A stretch of DNA of 64,000 nucleotides from Takakia lepidozioides (lineage: Eukaryota > Plantae > Bryophyta): contig CM060732.1 in NCBI GenBank assembly GCA_030704615.1, forward strand, positions 66,898,001-66,962,000, given 5' to 3'. The notes under the pieces were generated by a model. The model did no database searches, was not told where the DNA came from, and was given only the letters and a program-made list of their open reading frames with translations. This document shows positions 43,619-58,320 of the stretch, piece by piece. Every line of letters begins with the position of its first letter. The first letter of the stretch is position 1. The translations under genes were made by a program, and so were the position numbers.

Positions 43619-45909
43619 TTACAACCGAGCTCCAGCTAGGCCTATTGCGGCTCTCACCGATCTGCTCAATCGAAGTGCATCAAGTCTACTCGCTCTTGCC
43701 ATGGTCTCTTCTGCAGTACTTCGCCTTAATTTAGGCTTGTATGCATTATCAAGCAACACACCACCTCTAAAGAACTTAATGAAAATGTCATCTTGTTCCT
43801 TGTACCACATATTCAATTTTTTTTCTTCTTGCCTGGCTGCAATTTTCGCTTCTCTCTCAAGTCGACTGAATAGCTGTTAGCATTTTTCTCTGATTCGCTG
43901 TCAAAACACTTTTTGTGCTTTCTTGATCTCTCTTTCCTTTAACAAAGCTAGTTTTCGATTAGCTTTATCATGGACAGGTGTTAGGTACTCTGCAGAAGTC
44001 AACAATGCACTACACGTACTGTCGTAATGTTTAGGAATTTGTCGATCGGTGCTTGCAGACAAGACAATATCTACACTAGTAGTCGATACGATCGCAAGAC
44101 CTGCAAGACCTACCTGTTGCACAGGCTTTCTCACCACAATATCTGCAGTAGTCGATATGATCGCAACACCTCCCTGTTGCACGGGCCCTGTCCACAATTC
44201 CAGCCATCTCAATTGTAGTCATTTCTGAGGGAACAAAATCGTCTTCAACAAATTGACTCATATCAGGCCTGTACACATCTTCATTGCCCATCATGCTGGC
44301 ACAAGTTGGTGTTTGTATGTTCTGCTCATGTCCATCTGTCTGATCGATGTCATGTGTGAAATCGATATTTTCTCTTAGCGGTGGTAATTCTGCCGTAGCA
44401 TCCAAGTCGACGCTGGGCCCAGAGTTGTCATCCATAGCTGTACATTCCAATGGCCAAATTCCAGTCTTTCGAAAACCAGAGATGATATTTGATGGAGTGA
44501 GCGATTGTCTTAACGTCTTGCATGCCAATTGGGCCAAATGCTCTTTGTCAACTTCGCCTCCATGTTCCATCATGAACAAGCTTCGCTCCACTTTAAAATA
44601 ATGTTTAAAGGATCCGAAGCATGAAACATCTAACGGCTGCAACTTATGCGATGTATGTGGTGGAATGGTTAAGATGTCAAGACCCATAGCTGATGCCGTG
44701 ATGATTGACTGCTCAGAAATGTGAGAGCCATGGTTGTCAAGTATCAACAAATGTCGATTTGATAGCGAAATCCCACCTGACACATTTCTCTTGAAATGTA
44801 TCAACCAATCAGCAAACAACTCTGCAGTCATCCATGCTTTGTTCTGAAGAGCCATGGTTGCGCTCACCACACATCCTGCGATGAAGTCCCTTCGAGGAAC
44901 TCTTGTTTTGCCTTTGAAAACATAAAAATTGGGAATTGCTTGCCCAGCAGCATTTACACAAGACAAAATAGTAACCCACTTTCTTGAGGCAGACAACACA
45001 CCATAAACATCTCTGCTCCTTTTTTTGGCTAGTACACGCATGCCCAATGTTCTACCTGCTTGAAGACCAGTCTCGTCACAATTCCACACTTGACGTGCTT
45101 CATACTGGTGTTTTTGATAAATCTCTCTTAGATTTTCATAGAAAGGATGAACAATGTGTGCACTGACGTTTGTTGCACGAGCTCTCTCCAGATCCTCGAC
45201 AGTTCTTTCAACGATCTCTGGATGACGTTTTCTAAATGCAGCCCACCAACTTCTCCCAGGATTTCTATTCGAGAATGGATTTGGTCGATCAGAAATCAAC
45301 GTTTCACTCTAACACGTAACATCGGCAAATTTACACATTTTCCAGCATTCTGTGCATTTATGATCCAACTAACCAGTTCGCTCTCTTCATCTGCAGTTAA
45401 CACAGTTGCTGGACCAGACTGTTTGGTGCTTGTCACACCTGCAAAACACGTTAGAAATTTGTTAGAGATGTAGCATGAAATTGTAAATTAAGCACATACA
45501 AAATAAACATAGACAAAGTAGGCATACCATTTAACCATCTTCGTATGCTAGATGGAGGGATGTGGAACTGTCGTGCAGCTTCCCGAATTGAACTTATCCA
45601 GCCATCATCGAGAGCATCAACCGCTTTAGCCATTTGCTCTTTTGTCCACACCGCCTTTGTAATCAATCTGCGTTATAGCTTGCGTGTACTACTGGTAGGA
45701 AGATTAGAATGCACGCTGCTTGTAGGTGGTGGAGATAGTGGAACGGGCTGGAGGATGCCGGTAGATGATGTCGATAGTGGATCGGGCTCGTTGGAAGATG
45801 CAGTTCGTTTGCTTCTCTTTCCTTTTGATAGTTGCATAGATGGAGGTTCGGCATGACTTCTTCTACTCGATGTAGGCCCTGTGCGTCGACTGCTACGGGG
45901 CAATGCCAT
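43619..45909 (-). pseudogene. pogo-type transposase pseudogene (HTH_psq, CENP-B-type HTH, DDE_1), one intron 45527-45439
   Basis: WTKEQMAKAV...SIREAARQFHIPPSSIRRW; catalytic WNCDETG, LLILDNHGSH and LQPLDVSCF. In-frame TAA at 45675-45673, frameshifts near 45300 and 44210, and further stops. Confidence 0.92.
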
Positions 45910-46522
45910 TATAAATACTATATTATTCTCTTCATATTTTCAACTAGATTCAACTAGATTCAATCTCCATATGTACTCTCCTACAACGTAAGCTCACATA
46001 TTTGCCGCTACAACGTTGTCTTCCTCCTCATTTTGCATGCACCAATATGCTGGAAATATACGTGGCTTCTTACATCTACAGTGCAAAGCGCGATTCCTAA
46101 GTGCATCAATGATGGATAGTGTCGTTTAACATCAAGCTTGCAAGTACAATATGTTGTAGCAGGGTACATTTTGTACAAATGTCTCTCACTGTAGCAATCT
46201 GCACAATAGCAAAAAACATACGGTGTTTCTACAGAGACAGACGACATTGTAGAACAAACAGATGGAAGCGAACTGTCTCATTGACTTGCTTCTGTAGATA
46301 TGTGAACAAGCCATGATGTTAATCAACGACTAACATGAGTTGTTTGTCTATCAAAGGGTGGCTATAGTTTCAGCTTGTGCTTGATCCACGTGAATGCACA
46401 ATTAGAAGATGACATTAATGTTATTGAAGGACTCTGAAATTTGAAAGATTAGCGGCAAGTTTGCAAATTGAAAGATGAGAGCGGCAAGTCTTCAAATGAA
46501 GATTTGCAGAGCTGAATCTGAG

Positions 46523-46950
46523 CATCTTTGAGCTATGCAGGTCCCAACTTAGTAATTTTGTACAGCTTTCATTGTGGAGATATAATTTTTTTTGTTTCTA
46601 GCAAGGAAGTGATATGATCTTGTCATGGTGTAAGTTAGAGATTGGACTCTGGACACTCCTAAATTTGATCATGTGGTGGCCCATTAATTGTCAAGATGAC
46701 CCCATATATCTGTTTATGTATCTTACGTAGTGTGTGAATTCATCATCTTTGAGCTATGCAAGTCCCAACTTAGTAATTTTATACAGCTTTCAAGGTGGAG
46801 ATATGAAATTTTTTGTTTCTAGCAAGAAAGTGATCTGATCGTATCATGGTGTAGTTGCAGATTGGAGACTCCCCAATGTGATCCTATGGTAGCCCATTTA
46901 TTGTCCAGATGACCCCACTCACTTGACCCTATTATGGTTTGTTTATGTGT
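46523..46950. repeat. Direct subterminal duplication of about 220 bp inside the pogo element
   Basis: CATCTTTGAGCTATGCA(G/A)GTCCCAACTTAGTAATTTT... at 46523 and 46744. Confidence 0.9.
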
Positions 46951-47138
46951 GTTACGTAGAGGCTGCAGAGTGCATTTAAGAACGAGCCACCAATAAAGTC
47001 TTTGTGGGCCATTGTGGGTGCGCATTGGGGCCATTTTACATGCATCTCTGATCCCAATCTAATGCTCGGATGCCTTAGAACTAATAGCTACTCGACACCA
47101 AAGAAGGGGTTTGCACCGCAATGGGTGCTTCTACCCTA

Positions 47139-47292
47139 GTGAGAGGAGAAAATAACCTCTCAGTAATCTCACCGTAAGGTGGCACTGCGCCGGGAAGGGG
47201 GCGAAGAGCGTACCACACCCGTCAAGTAGCAGGATTTGACCCCAGGGTCATCCGGATGGCACTCAGTGCACTTTACCAACTGAGCTACTGAC
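47139..47292 (-). mobile_element. tRNA-derived SINE or tRNA pseudogene
   Basis: Minus strand GTCAGTAGCTCAGTTGGTAAAG...GGGGTCAAATCCTGCTACTTGAC (47292-47221): A box, degenerate B box, acceptor-like stem, broken anticodon arm, then unrelated 3' sequence. Confidence 0.7.
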
Positions 47293-47418
47293 TGTTGGTT
47301 TTTTATTTTCATTCCAAGGGAATGTTTAAGCTAGGCTTTGTAATTGTTGTTGCACAGTAATGGCACATATTAGGGTTGATACAAAATTGCATACACAAAA
47401 TCCAACACAACAGTTCCA

Positions 47419-47832
47419 AATAAATCAATAAATATCTAGGGCCTCGGTCCCTGTTCTGAGAAAAAAAATTATGTCACAAGCTCTAATTTTTAAAATTCAA
47501 CATTATAACGGCATGCCAGGCGGCCTTGTGCCAACAGGGGTTTTAATTTTTTTTCCCCATAATAATTTTAATAAATTTCAAACCAGGGCTGATGTCCCCT
47601 ATTAAATAATAATAATGCATTTTGCTCTTTCATGGCCTTTCTTTCAAGACATCTCTCTCTTTCCTTCTCGTGGTCTCTTGGAATTATGGTTACCGGGTGG
47701 TATCCCCACAATAAGCCTTCACGGCCCAGAGTGCTTATTTTTTCCACTTCATTGTACCTTCATCCATCCTTTAATAAATTCCCAGGGCCTCTGTCCCCTG
47801 TTCTGTAATAATAATAATAATAATAATAATAA
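47419..47832 (+). mobile_element. Three stacked 5'-truncated LINE 3' ends with A or (TAA)n tails
   Basis: AATAAA...GGGC(N4-5)GTCCC...tail at 47427-47468, 47570-47616 and 47773-47832. The last copy is homologous to the LINE 3' UTR at about 36269-36354. Confidence 0.75.
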
Positions 47833-49080
47833 CGGCGAGGACTACGCTTACCCAACGAGTTTAAGGCAAATGTGTGAGGTGGCTGGCCGGAGCTCCCAGA
47901 GGCTCCGACATACTACCAGTCAAATTTAAGGATTATGTTTCCATTTTTTTAATATTTTTATGTAATTTGTAGAGCGTTTAACATACTCTAATGAAGTGCA
48001 TTATATGATTTGTAGTCATTTTTTCATTTGTCTAATAATCTATCAAGCTCATTTGCACAAATTTGACCACAAACAAGAGCCATGATTGCCTTTGTAGCTA
48101 ATAGTTGTACTCGAATCCCATGAAACATCAACAAGAACGTCAACTATCCAAGAAAACTGGACAATCAAATTTTGGAAGTGGTTGTCAAAACTTTAAAGTT
48201 GCCTAGTCTGAAGATGTGAAGGTGCTGAAGTTGGAAGGTGACATTAGTTTTTTTTTTTGGGCGAGTCCCATGTTGAAAACAAATTTATTCTGCGACAATG
48301 TTATATGTCTACAGAACTAAAGAAAGAAATATATGCGCATTTTGAGTAGGGTGGCCATGGCATGACCATCATTGAAAATACATGCGAGTTGCTCATTATG
48401 GGGTTTCTGAAATCTCTCTAGTTGTTTCTTGATGATAAAGACGAGAAGAACGATCCTAATTTTCAAAGATCTTTACCATGGGATACAAAGATTGAGAAGA
48501 GCATGTTAGGTTAGTACATGTTGCTCCATCGATTGGCTATTGAGGATTGACGCATTGAGTTGTTCAAGAGTGGGTTTGACTTGGCAATGCTTCTCAATAT
48601 GGAAGACACTTTCAAGTTGGACAAAAAAATCATTAGGCAAAATTCAAATGACGATCAATGTACTCCACATTAATTGTTGAACCATCATCCATATCAAGAA
48701 ATCTTCAAACTAATTAAACTGAAAACAGTCATTTACATGGATTAGTTTTTTGTGATCTAAAGTATGATATTTTTCCATGTTTGTAGTATCCCACGACACA
48801 TCTGCAAAATTATGAAAAGATAAGTATATAAAATAAGGTTATTCATAATATATTATAATTAAATATTAATCAATTTTGAGCAATTACAGTGACTTCCTCC
48901 TACATCATTGAAGAATTGTCTCCATGCTGAAATCAATGAAGAAATTGTTGGACCACCCAGATCCACAGCGATGGAATCAATCAATTCATGTTCCTCTAGA
49001 TTGTACTTTGGAATCAAGATGAGAGTACATTGTTTTCTCCATTTTATATTTCTTAAAATGATTGTGAAGATCATTTACCT

Positions 49081-49165
49081 CCCCCCCTCAGGCGGGTCCG
49101 GTTCCACATAACCGGTACCGGAACCGGCGGTTACCCGGGCCCAGGCGGGTAACCGCCCAACACTG
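49081..49165. mobile_element. Second hAT-type terminus (...AACCGCCCAACACTG)
   Basis: Same 15-bp terminus as 43168-43182 with GGAACC/GGTTCC repeats; followed by GTTTCTAC-CC-TA. Confidence 0.8.
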
Positions 49166-49329
49166 GTTTCTACCCTATCAGGGGCATGCTTTGTGAGCTA
49201 TCGCTCCCATGTGTTTCCCTTTTCTTTAAAAAAAAAACAAAAACAAAAACAGAAAAACCTAAAACTTGGAGGCAAATTGGAGAATTTAGCAACTTCTTTG
49301 CCCAAAACACAGTCTTTTTAGCACAAGTA

Positions 49330-49500
49330 TTTGAATTTGAAAAAAACTTGAATGTAGCGCTGGCGCCAAACTAGCGGTCTACTAGTAAGTAGCGAAAACT
49401 ACCAAATTTGAATTCAAATGTGTATTCGGCTTCCCCTCACATTTACTAGTAACCCGCGAACCAACACGAAGAAGTGCCTTCTTGGAATAAACGGCACCCC
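49330..49500 (+). promoter_or_regulatory. CDKB promoter with E2F, CHR-like and MSA-core motifs; probable 5'UTR intron 49574-50348
   Basis: GCGCCAAA (TTTGGCGC on the minus strand) at 49363-49370; TTTGAA at 49330, 49336 and 49407, TTCAAA at 49413; AACGG at 49490. Followed by a CT-rich leader and a GTAAGT...TGTAG intron. Confidence 0.6.
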
Positions 49501-50411
49501 AACGTATTTCTACCTCTCGCTTTCTTTCTCTCATTCTCTTCTCTCTCTCTCACTTGGATCTCTATGTGTTCGTGTAAGTCTGGCCTCTGCTGATCTCTGT
49601 CGTTTTCCGGAACCCATAAAGTTTCACACTACATTGTCTCGCCAAAGCGCATTGCGTTCAGAGAAACTCTTGAGTGCCTTGTCTGTCTCCGCTAGGTGTT
49701 TCGACTCTCTCGGCTGCCGTGATTTTCCTGCGTGTGTGGGGTCCTCTTTCCTCATCTGCAAAGGTTCTGTGGCATTGTCTTTGTTTCTCTATGATGCGGA
49801 GATACGTACTCTGTCGTTCTCTGCATCGATCTCCTTTTCAGGCAAATCGCATTGGGTTCAAAAGCTTATCTTACATTTCCTTTCTGGTTTTGTTGTTGTG
49901 AGATACATACCCTGTTTCTCACTGCGTCGTTTGGTCAAACTGCATTGCGTACAGAAGTTTCTCTTTCATTTCCTCGCAGGTCTCTCTTGTGGCTCTATTG
50001 TGTCCGCATTTATGGATCTTAACGCATCGGCTTCTCTGTAATTTAGTTGCAGTGACATGCGCTGCTAGAATTTCTCCCACTGTTCCACATCCTCTCTGTC
50101 TTGCCGCGGGCGTTAAAAATCCCGCTTTCTTCTGTCTCACTGTGTTCACCAGGTTCTGTCCGGGGTGCTGCAGAATTCCTTCTTTTTCTGTCTCTGTTTA
50201 TAATCAAGTTTCGGCTCTCTTCCTGAATCTATGTCATCTTTGGATGTCTCTTGCCCATCGCTCCTTGGGCTACATTTATCTCCACGGTTCCGACTTAAAA
50301 AAAATCTTATCCTGTGCTCACTTCTGGTTCACGATTGAAAATCTGTAGCTTACAACAACTGAACTTCAAATAACCTGGTGGACGTCGTAACTTCGATATC
50401 CTCTCTGAGCA

Positions 50412-53123
<2,712 letters not shown>

Positions 53124-54341
53124 TCCCTACTGCACTGTCAAATTCGCGACGGATGGTTCAGACGGCACGTACAGCAACCCCAGCTTGGCACAAAGTGCTG
53201 TTCTGTTTTGGTCTCCACAATTCATTGTTCTATTTCAGAAACTACTCCTTTCAACAGAAAAGAACATCCTGCCCATGGAAAATTCATGAGACTCAACAGA
53301 GGTTGTTGTGTTTGCTATCAACCACCTTACATCTCTCACATCATTCTGCTGTAGTAGCATGAATTCTTTCACAGCCTCGTTGTGATTGGAGTTCTGTGAT
53401 TGACAGATAGGGTACACTACCAGGGAGAAAGTATACATAATTATACATCCTCACTTGGTTTAGTTCATAGTCTCCCATTTCAGTACCGATAGCAATCAAT
53501 TGAACTCGTGTACTATTTTCATGTTACCTTGACAGTTGCACTTGCTCCATCAGGTTGCCATGGCAATCTGTTTCCCATGTAATGTCAATTGTCTCTGGAT
53601 GTCTGGGTAATTGCCTGGAAGTCGTATTATACATCAACCACTTGCCTGCAACTGAGTGCGGTTTTAGGTGATGCTGCTCTTGCCCTTAACCAAAGGGTAT
53701 TTTAAAAGGCATAACACCTCAAAAGATGTAGAGAATGATACCCATTGATAGGTCTTTGTGTACACTTCAATTAAATTATTTTAGTGACCTGCAATTCAAG
53801 CATTTTGAGATTATGTACACTTCAATTTCTGATGTACTAAAACTGGCAGGGATAAGGATCAGACCTTGATAGAACTGTGCTCACTACTGCTAACAGAACC
53901 ATTGAATCAGAAAACAGTCCAGAAAAAGTTGTTTTGGGAAAGAGAACTAACACTCTTGGTAGATGACTCTTGTCAGAGAGCATTTGGAAGAGGGACTTGG
54001 TTTGCTGCAGGCGAGGACATTAATGAATCAGGAATTTATACTAACTGTTAATTTAGAGCAAAACACCGCAAAGGTGTGATATAGTTTTGATTTCAATGCC
54101 TCTATACTTCAGTAAGGTTCAAAGACACTAACCACAAGTACTTTATTCCAGGACATTGCTATTCGAATGTTCTTATGCTGCATGACGAGATCTCTGATGA
54201 ACGTAGTACATGTATCTCAAGCAAATTTACATTGGAGTGCTCTATTCGCATTGTTGGAATCATATACAAACTAAACTGGTATCAATCATGCTATGAACTT
54301 CAGGATGTGAAGAAACATTGTAGCACAAGTAGAGCTACAAT

Positions 54342-55985
54342 TTACTCCAACTCCTCCACATCTTCCAACTGTGATGGATCAATGCGAGGCATCCCCATGC
54401 TAAAATTCAGCACACGGCAATTCAAATTGTATTTAAGCTCACCAGCCAACAGCATTTTACGAATGTAATGCTCGATGTCAGACCCAATCAGCCTCAATGT
54501 GTACTCTGTAAGGTCTGCACCCTGCATCATAGAACCAACTTGAATTACTTCTTCTGGAACCACATTGGAACAAAGTAACAAAGATTCCACAGAGAGCCCA
54601 GTCGGAACATGACAACAGTAAAAGACTGGGCTGGACAACTGTGTGGATGGCTTGGACCGCTGCATCCCCTCTACCCCTCTCGCGAAAATGCCAGGATTGA
54701 CAAGACATAAGAAGAATGAATCACATGGCACCGATCAGACAGGTGCTCAAGCCCTTCAAACCCTGGGTGTCATCAACCCTGAGCTTAAACCATGTTACAA
54801 AAAGGGAACACACAGGCTGTATGTTGTATGTTCTTATTACTTTGACTGGAAACCACTTGGGTTCCCTCTAAACTTGTAAAATCGGGTTCAAAAGGAAATG
54901 AGTGAGCATATGAAGATACTGATAGTGGGACTCAGAGATGGGTGCCAACCTCCCACAGGCTGAAATCTCAGGGTTACTACCAAGGCCACTGCTGGTCACT
55001 ATTAAGGTATCAAGAACGTCATAGGTAAGAAAAATTCCAATGGCTGGTTTGTTTCATACGAATATTTGGTCAGACAGCCCAGACCAGGCCAGTTCAATAC
55101 AGAACATGGTAATCACCTTCCAGCTTACTGTGGATTGTTCGTACCAGGACATATATTGTTCCAGAGAGCTCTCATACATGCAATCAAATTTCAGTAGTAG
55201 GATTCATTGGGTGTTATTTGATTCAAGCACTGGCATCGACATATATAAACGGAACTAGAAACAGATGAGCTATTTGACCACATCTTCCATCACTACAGGG
55301 CCAAAGGTGGATTTCCTGGCAATGGTTGACGCATCAGTTCACAACACACCAGCCAGTAATTCTTCCTCTCAATTGTTCACCCAAGAGCCGCCTTTGCTGC
55401 TTCTTTCCATGTCCAGAAAAGACGGGTATTATTTTTCCAGAAAAACCGACAAGCAATGTCACTAAGTTCTCCCAGTTTGAGCTCACAGGCTGTGACAGTC
55501 TTCCTCCAGGAATGCATGCTACAAGAAAGCAACCCATGCGCTGAAGGTAATCTTACAGCATAGTTATCGACAAGTTCTTTGAAGTATCCATAGACAGCCT
55601 GCACTTTGTCTTCAGGCCATACGAACTCATTGTCAGGGTCCAGCATGAGGGTGAGCTTGTCAAGCTGTGACTGGTCCATAACGTGGGTCACAGGGTCTAC
55701 GTACCCTGCATAGATCCTCACATGGCGAGTGGTGCTACTCAGCCATTGTCCCCCTTGTTCACGTGACAAGCCCTTGGCCTTTGTCTCCGCCCTCACGCTT
55801 ACACACCCAGGCCTTCTCGCCAGCGGTCTTTGCGAGCTCCTTTGTTGCAAGTTTCTTACATGACCCAAGAAGGCAGACAAATTGAGAAAAGAGAGAGATG
55901 AAGCAGATGTGGATGCTGGCGCGATTGAGGAATGGAGCGAGTGGGAATTGCAAGAGCGTGCCAGAGGTACAGAGGTTGCTGCCAT
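54342..55985 (-). CDS. ndhM: Chloroplast NAD(P)H dehydrogenase-like complex subunit M, nuclear-encoded, 2 exons: 55985-55557, 54521-54342; 202 aa
   Basis: Ser-rich transit peptide, then WLSSTTRHVRIY...LDPDNEFVW...YA|GADLTEYTLRLIGSDIEHYIRKMLLAGELKYNLNCRVLNFSMGMPR. Confidence 0.96.
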
Positions 55986-56235
55986 TGTGGCTATGGTGGA
56001 CTGGAGCTCTCCTTGCACCAGGAAAGGAGATAGAAGGCCCCACGGACAGAAAGCCACAACCTTTATTTATACGCTACTGTGCTTTCCTCAGACCAAAACA
56101 TCCATAGGTGAATGAGTTTTGCACCTTCTTCAGGCTCTGCATTATCCCTTTGAATTTGCTGAGATTGAGTGGCGTATAGAACTCTAGCAGTTTAGCTGCA
56201 ATGACTTTCGGATACATTCTGCAAGGAGAAAGAGA

Positions 56236-56696
56236 GTGATGACATCTAGAGGTGCACTTTGTGAGTGCATACACAAATAGATGGAGAAAGAGAAAACATC
56301 CGGAGATGATATACAGGAGAAGCTGTCAACAGCGCCCAAGCTTGTGTAATTGAGGTATGGATAATGAGACTCAAGGCTCTCATGTATAAGTGACTACATC
56401 TGGAGGTGCACTTTGTGAGTGCAAGCACAAAGAGAGGAGAAAGAGAAAACATCCAGAGATAATATACAGGAGAAGCTGTCAACAGGGCCCAAGCTTGTGT
56501 AATTGAAGTACGAATAGTGAGACTTGAGGCTCTCATGTATAAGTGATGACATCTAGAGGTGCACTTTGTGAGTGCATGCACAAAGAGATGGAGAAAGAGA
56601 AAACATCCGGAGATGATATACAGGAGAAGCTGTCAACAGCGCCCAAGCTTGTGTAATTGAGGTATGGATAGTGAGACTCAAGGCTCTCATGTATAA
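56236..56696. repeat. Tandem repeat, about 154-bp unit, 3 copies, immediately upstream of ndhM
   Basis: Units start at 56236, 56390 and 56543 (GTGATGACATCTAGAGGTGCACTTTGTGAG...CTCATGTATAA). Confidence 0.95.
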
Positions 56697-57508
56697 CAAG
56701 TCAATTTACATGAGGGTTCCCTCCTCATCGGCGGGGTCTGTGCCATCACCAAACCACCAACCATCTAGGTTACCACTGCAGCATTTAAGTAATTTCTGGC
56801 CTCATTCCACTCTGAGAGTAGTTTTTCATTGGTGTCTCGCATGAGTGAGCCAAGTTGAGCTTTTGTCTCACTGGGTAAGCAGTTCCAGGGCGAGTTTGCC
56901 TGTGCGCCCAGATGTAAGAATTCACCAAGATATCAACAATGCCCTTCCACAGCCTTGGATTTGAAAAGGAGCCCTTTGCTTGCTCCTTGTCTGCCATCCT
57001 TTTTGCCTGTGACCTGTGAGGACCAAAAAGCTCAAAAGTAAGTTCATTCTCACTCTCCACATAAAACTAGATCTTGCCTGTTGCAATCTACCAGTGCTAC
57101 AGGCAAAACAAATGGTTACTTTATACGAGTAGAGAAAGACTGGGCAATTGGAGGGAATAGTCATCTAAAATTTACCAGCTGGGGACGGGGAGAACCCTAA
57201 CTCATGTACTGAAGAAGACGGAATCTCTTTCTGGACTGTTAAACAAATGGGAAACATAATATTGACTCCAGCACTACTTCTCATGGCCTTCCATAGGTTT
57301 GACACATTTGGCTGTCATTTTGTACTCTGTCACATTATGCTTAACAAAGGGGAAGGAGAGAGACATACTTCTGCACTTAAAAGTCAATACTGCAAACACC
57401 TTCCAATCTACCCATAACGGTACGAGGATAAAATGTCAAATTAAAACAGGGTTACAAACCCATATTTGGTCTCAGCGTTGTGAACTGTTAGGAAAAATCC
57501 TGTAGACC

Positions 57509-58320
57509 AGGAGCCCCTCATTTGCAAACTAAGATCAGCATAGATCTGTCAGACCACTACTTTTTATGGTGCAAATAATCATTGGGGCATACAACCAAAC
57601 CTTGGACTTGTCGACAATTGGCATGCCTCACTGTCCACGCCCAAGGAGGAGGGAGGTCTTAGCTGTCATACTCATGGCAGCATAAGGGTTTGAAACACAA
57701 ATATAAACACATGCGTTGCTCATAGCCCTCAGATGTCAGGAATAACTGTGTCAACAAGGAGCCCCTCATTTGCAAACTAAATTCAGCATAGATCTGTCAG
57801 ATCATTACTTTTTATGGTGCATCATCGGGGCACACAATCACACCGTGGATTTGTCTACAACATGGCATGCCACACTGTCCGCGCCCAAGGAGGAGGTCTT
57901 AACTGTATCATGTACTCATGGCAGCATAAGGGTTTGAAACACAAATATAAACACATACGCTGTTCATAGCCCTCAGATGTCAGGAATAACTGTGTCAACA
58001 AGGAGCCCCTCATTTGCGAACTAAATTCAGCATAGATCTGTCAGACCACTACTTTCTATGGTGCAAATAATCATCGGGGCACACAATCACACCTTGGATT
58101 TGTCTACAACAGGGTATGCCTCACTGTCCACGCCCAAGGAGGAGGTCTTAACTGTATATTGTACTCATGGCAGCATAAGGGTTTGAAACACAAATATAAA
58201 CACATACGTTGTTCATAGTCCTCCGATGTCAGGAATAACTGTGTCAACAAGGAGCCCCTCATTTGCAAATCAAGGTCAGCATGGGTATGTCAGATCACTA
58301 CTCTTTTTATGCTGCAAATA
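57509..58320. repeat. Tandem repeat, about 244-249-bp unit, about 3.3 copies
   Basis: AGGAGCCCCTCATTTGC starts at 57509, 57757, 58001 and 58250. Confidence 0.95.

Larger units (their letters stand above)
43183..47136 (-). mobile_element. pogo/Tc5-family (Tc1-mariner superfamily) DNA transposon, decayed
   Basis: Imperfect TIRs: (GG)GTAGAAACACCAATCATGGCGCA at the left versus the reverse complement GGGTAGAAGCACCCATTGCGGTGCA ending 47136 (19/25 identical), followed by TA. An internal transposase is present. Confidence 0.88.

Noticed and set aside
47221-47292. Functional tRNA gene
   Set aside because: Anticodon stem does not pair, B box is mutated (GGTCAAATCC) and no poly-T terminator follows.
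48859-49074. HECT-like fragment (AVDLGGPT...WRQFF)
   Set aside because: A single short motif in broken frames is too little to support a call.
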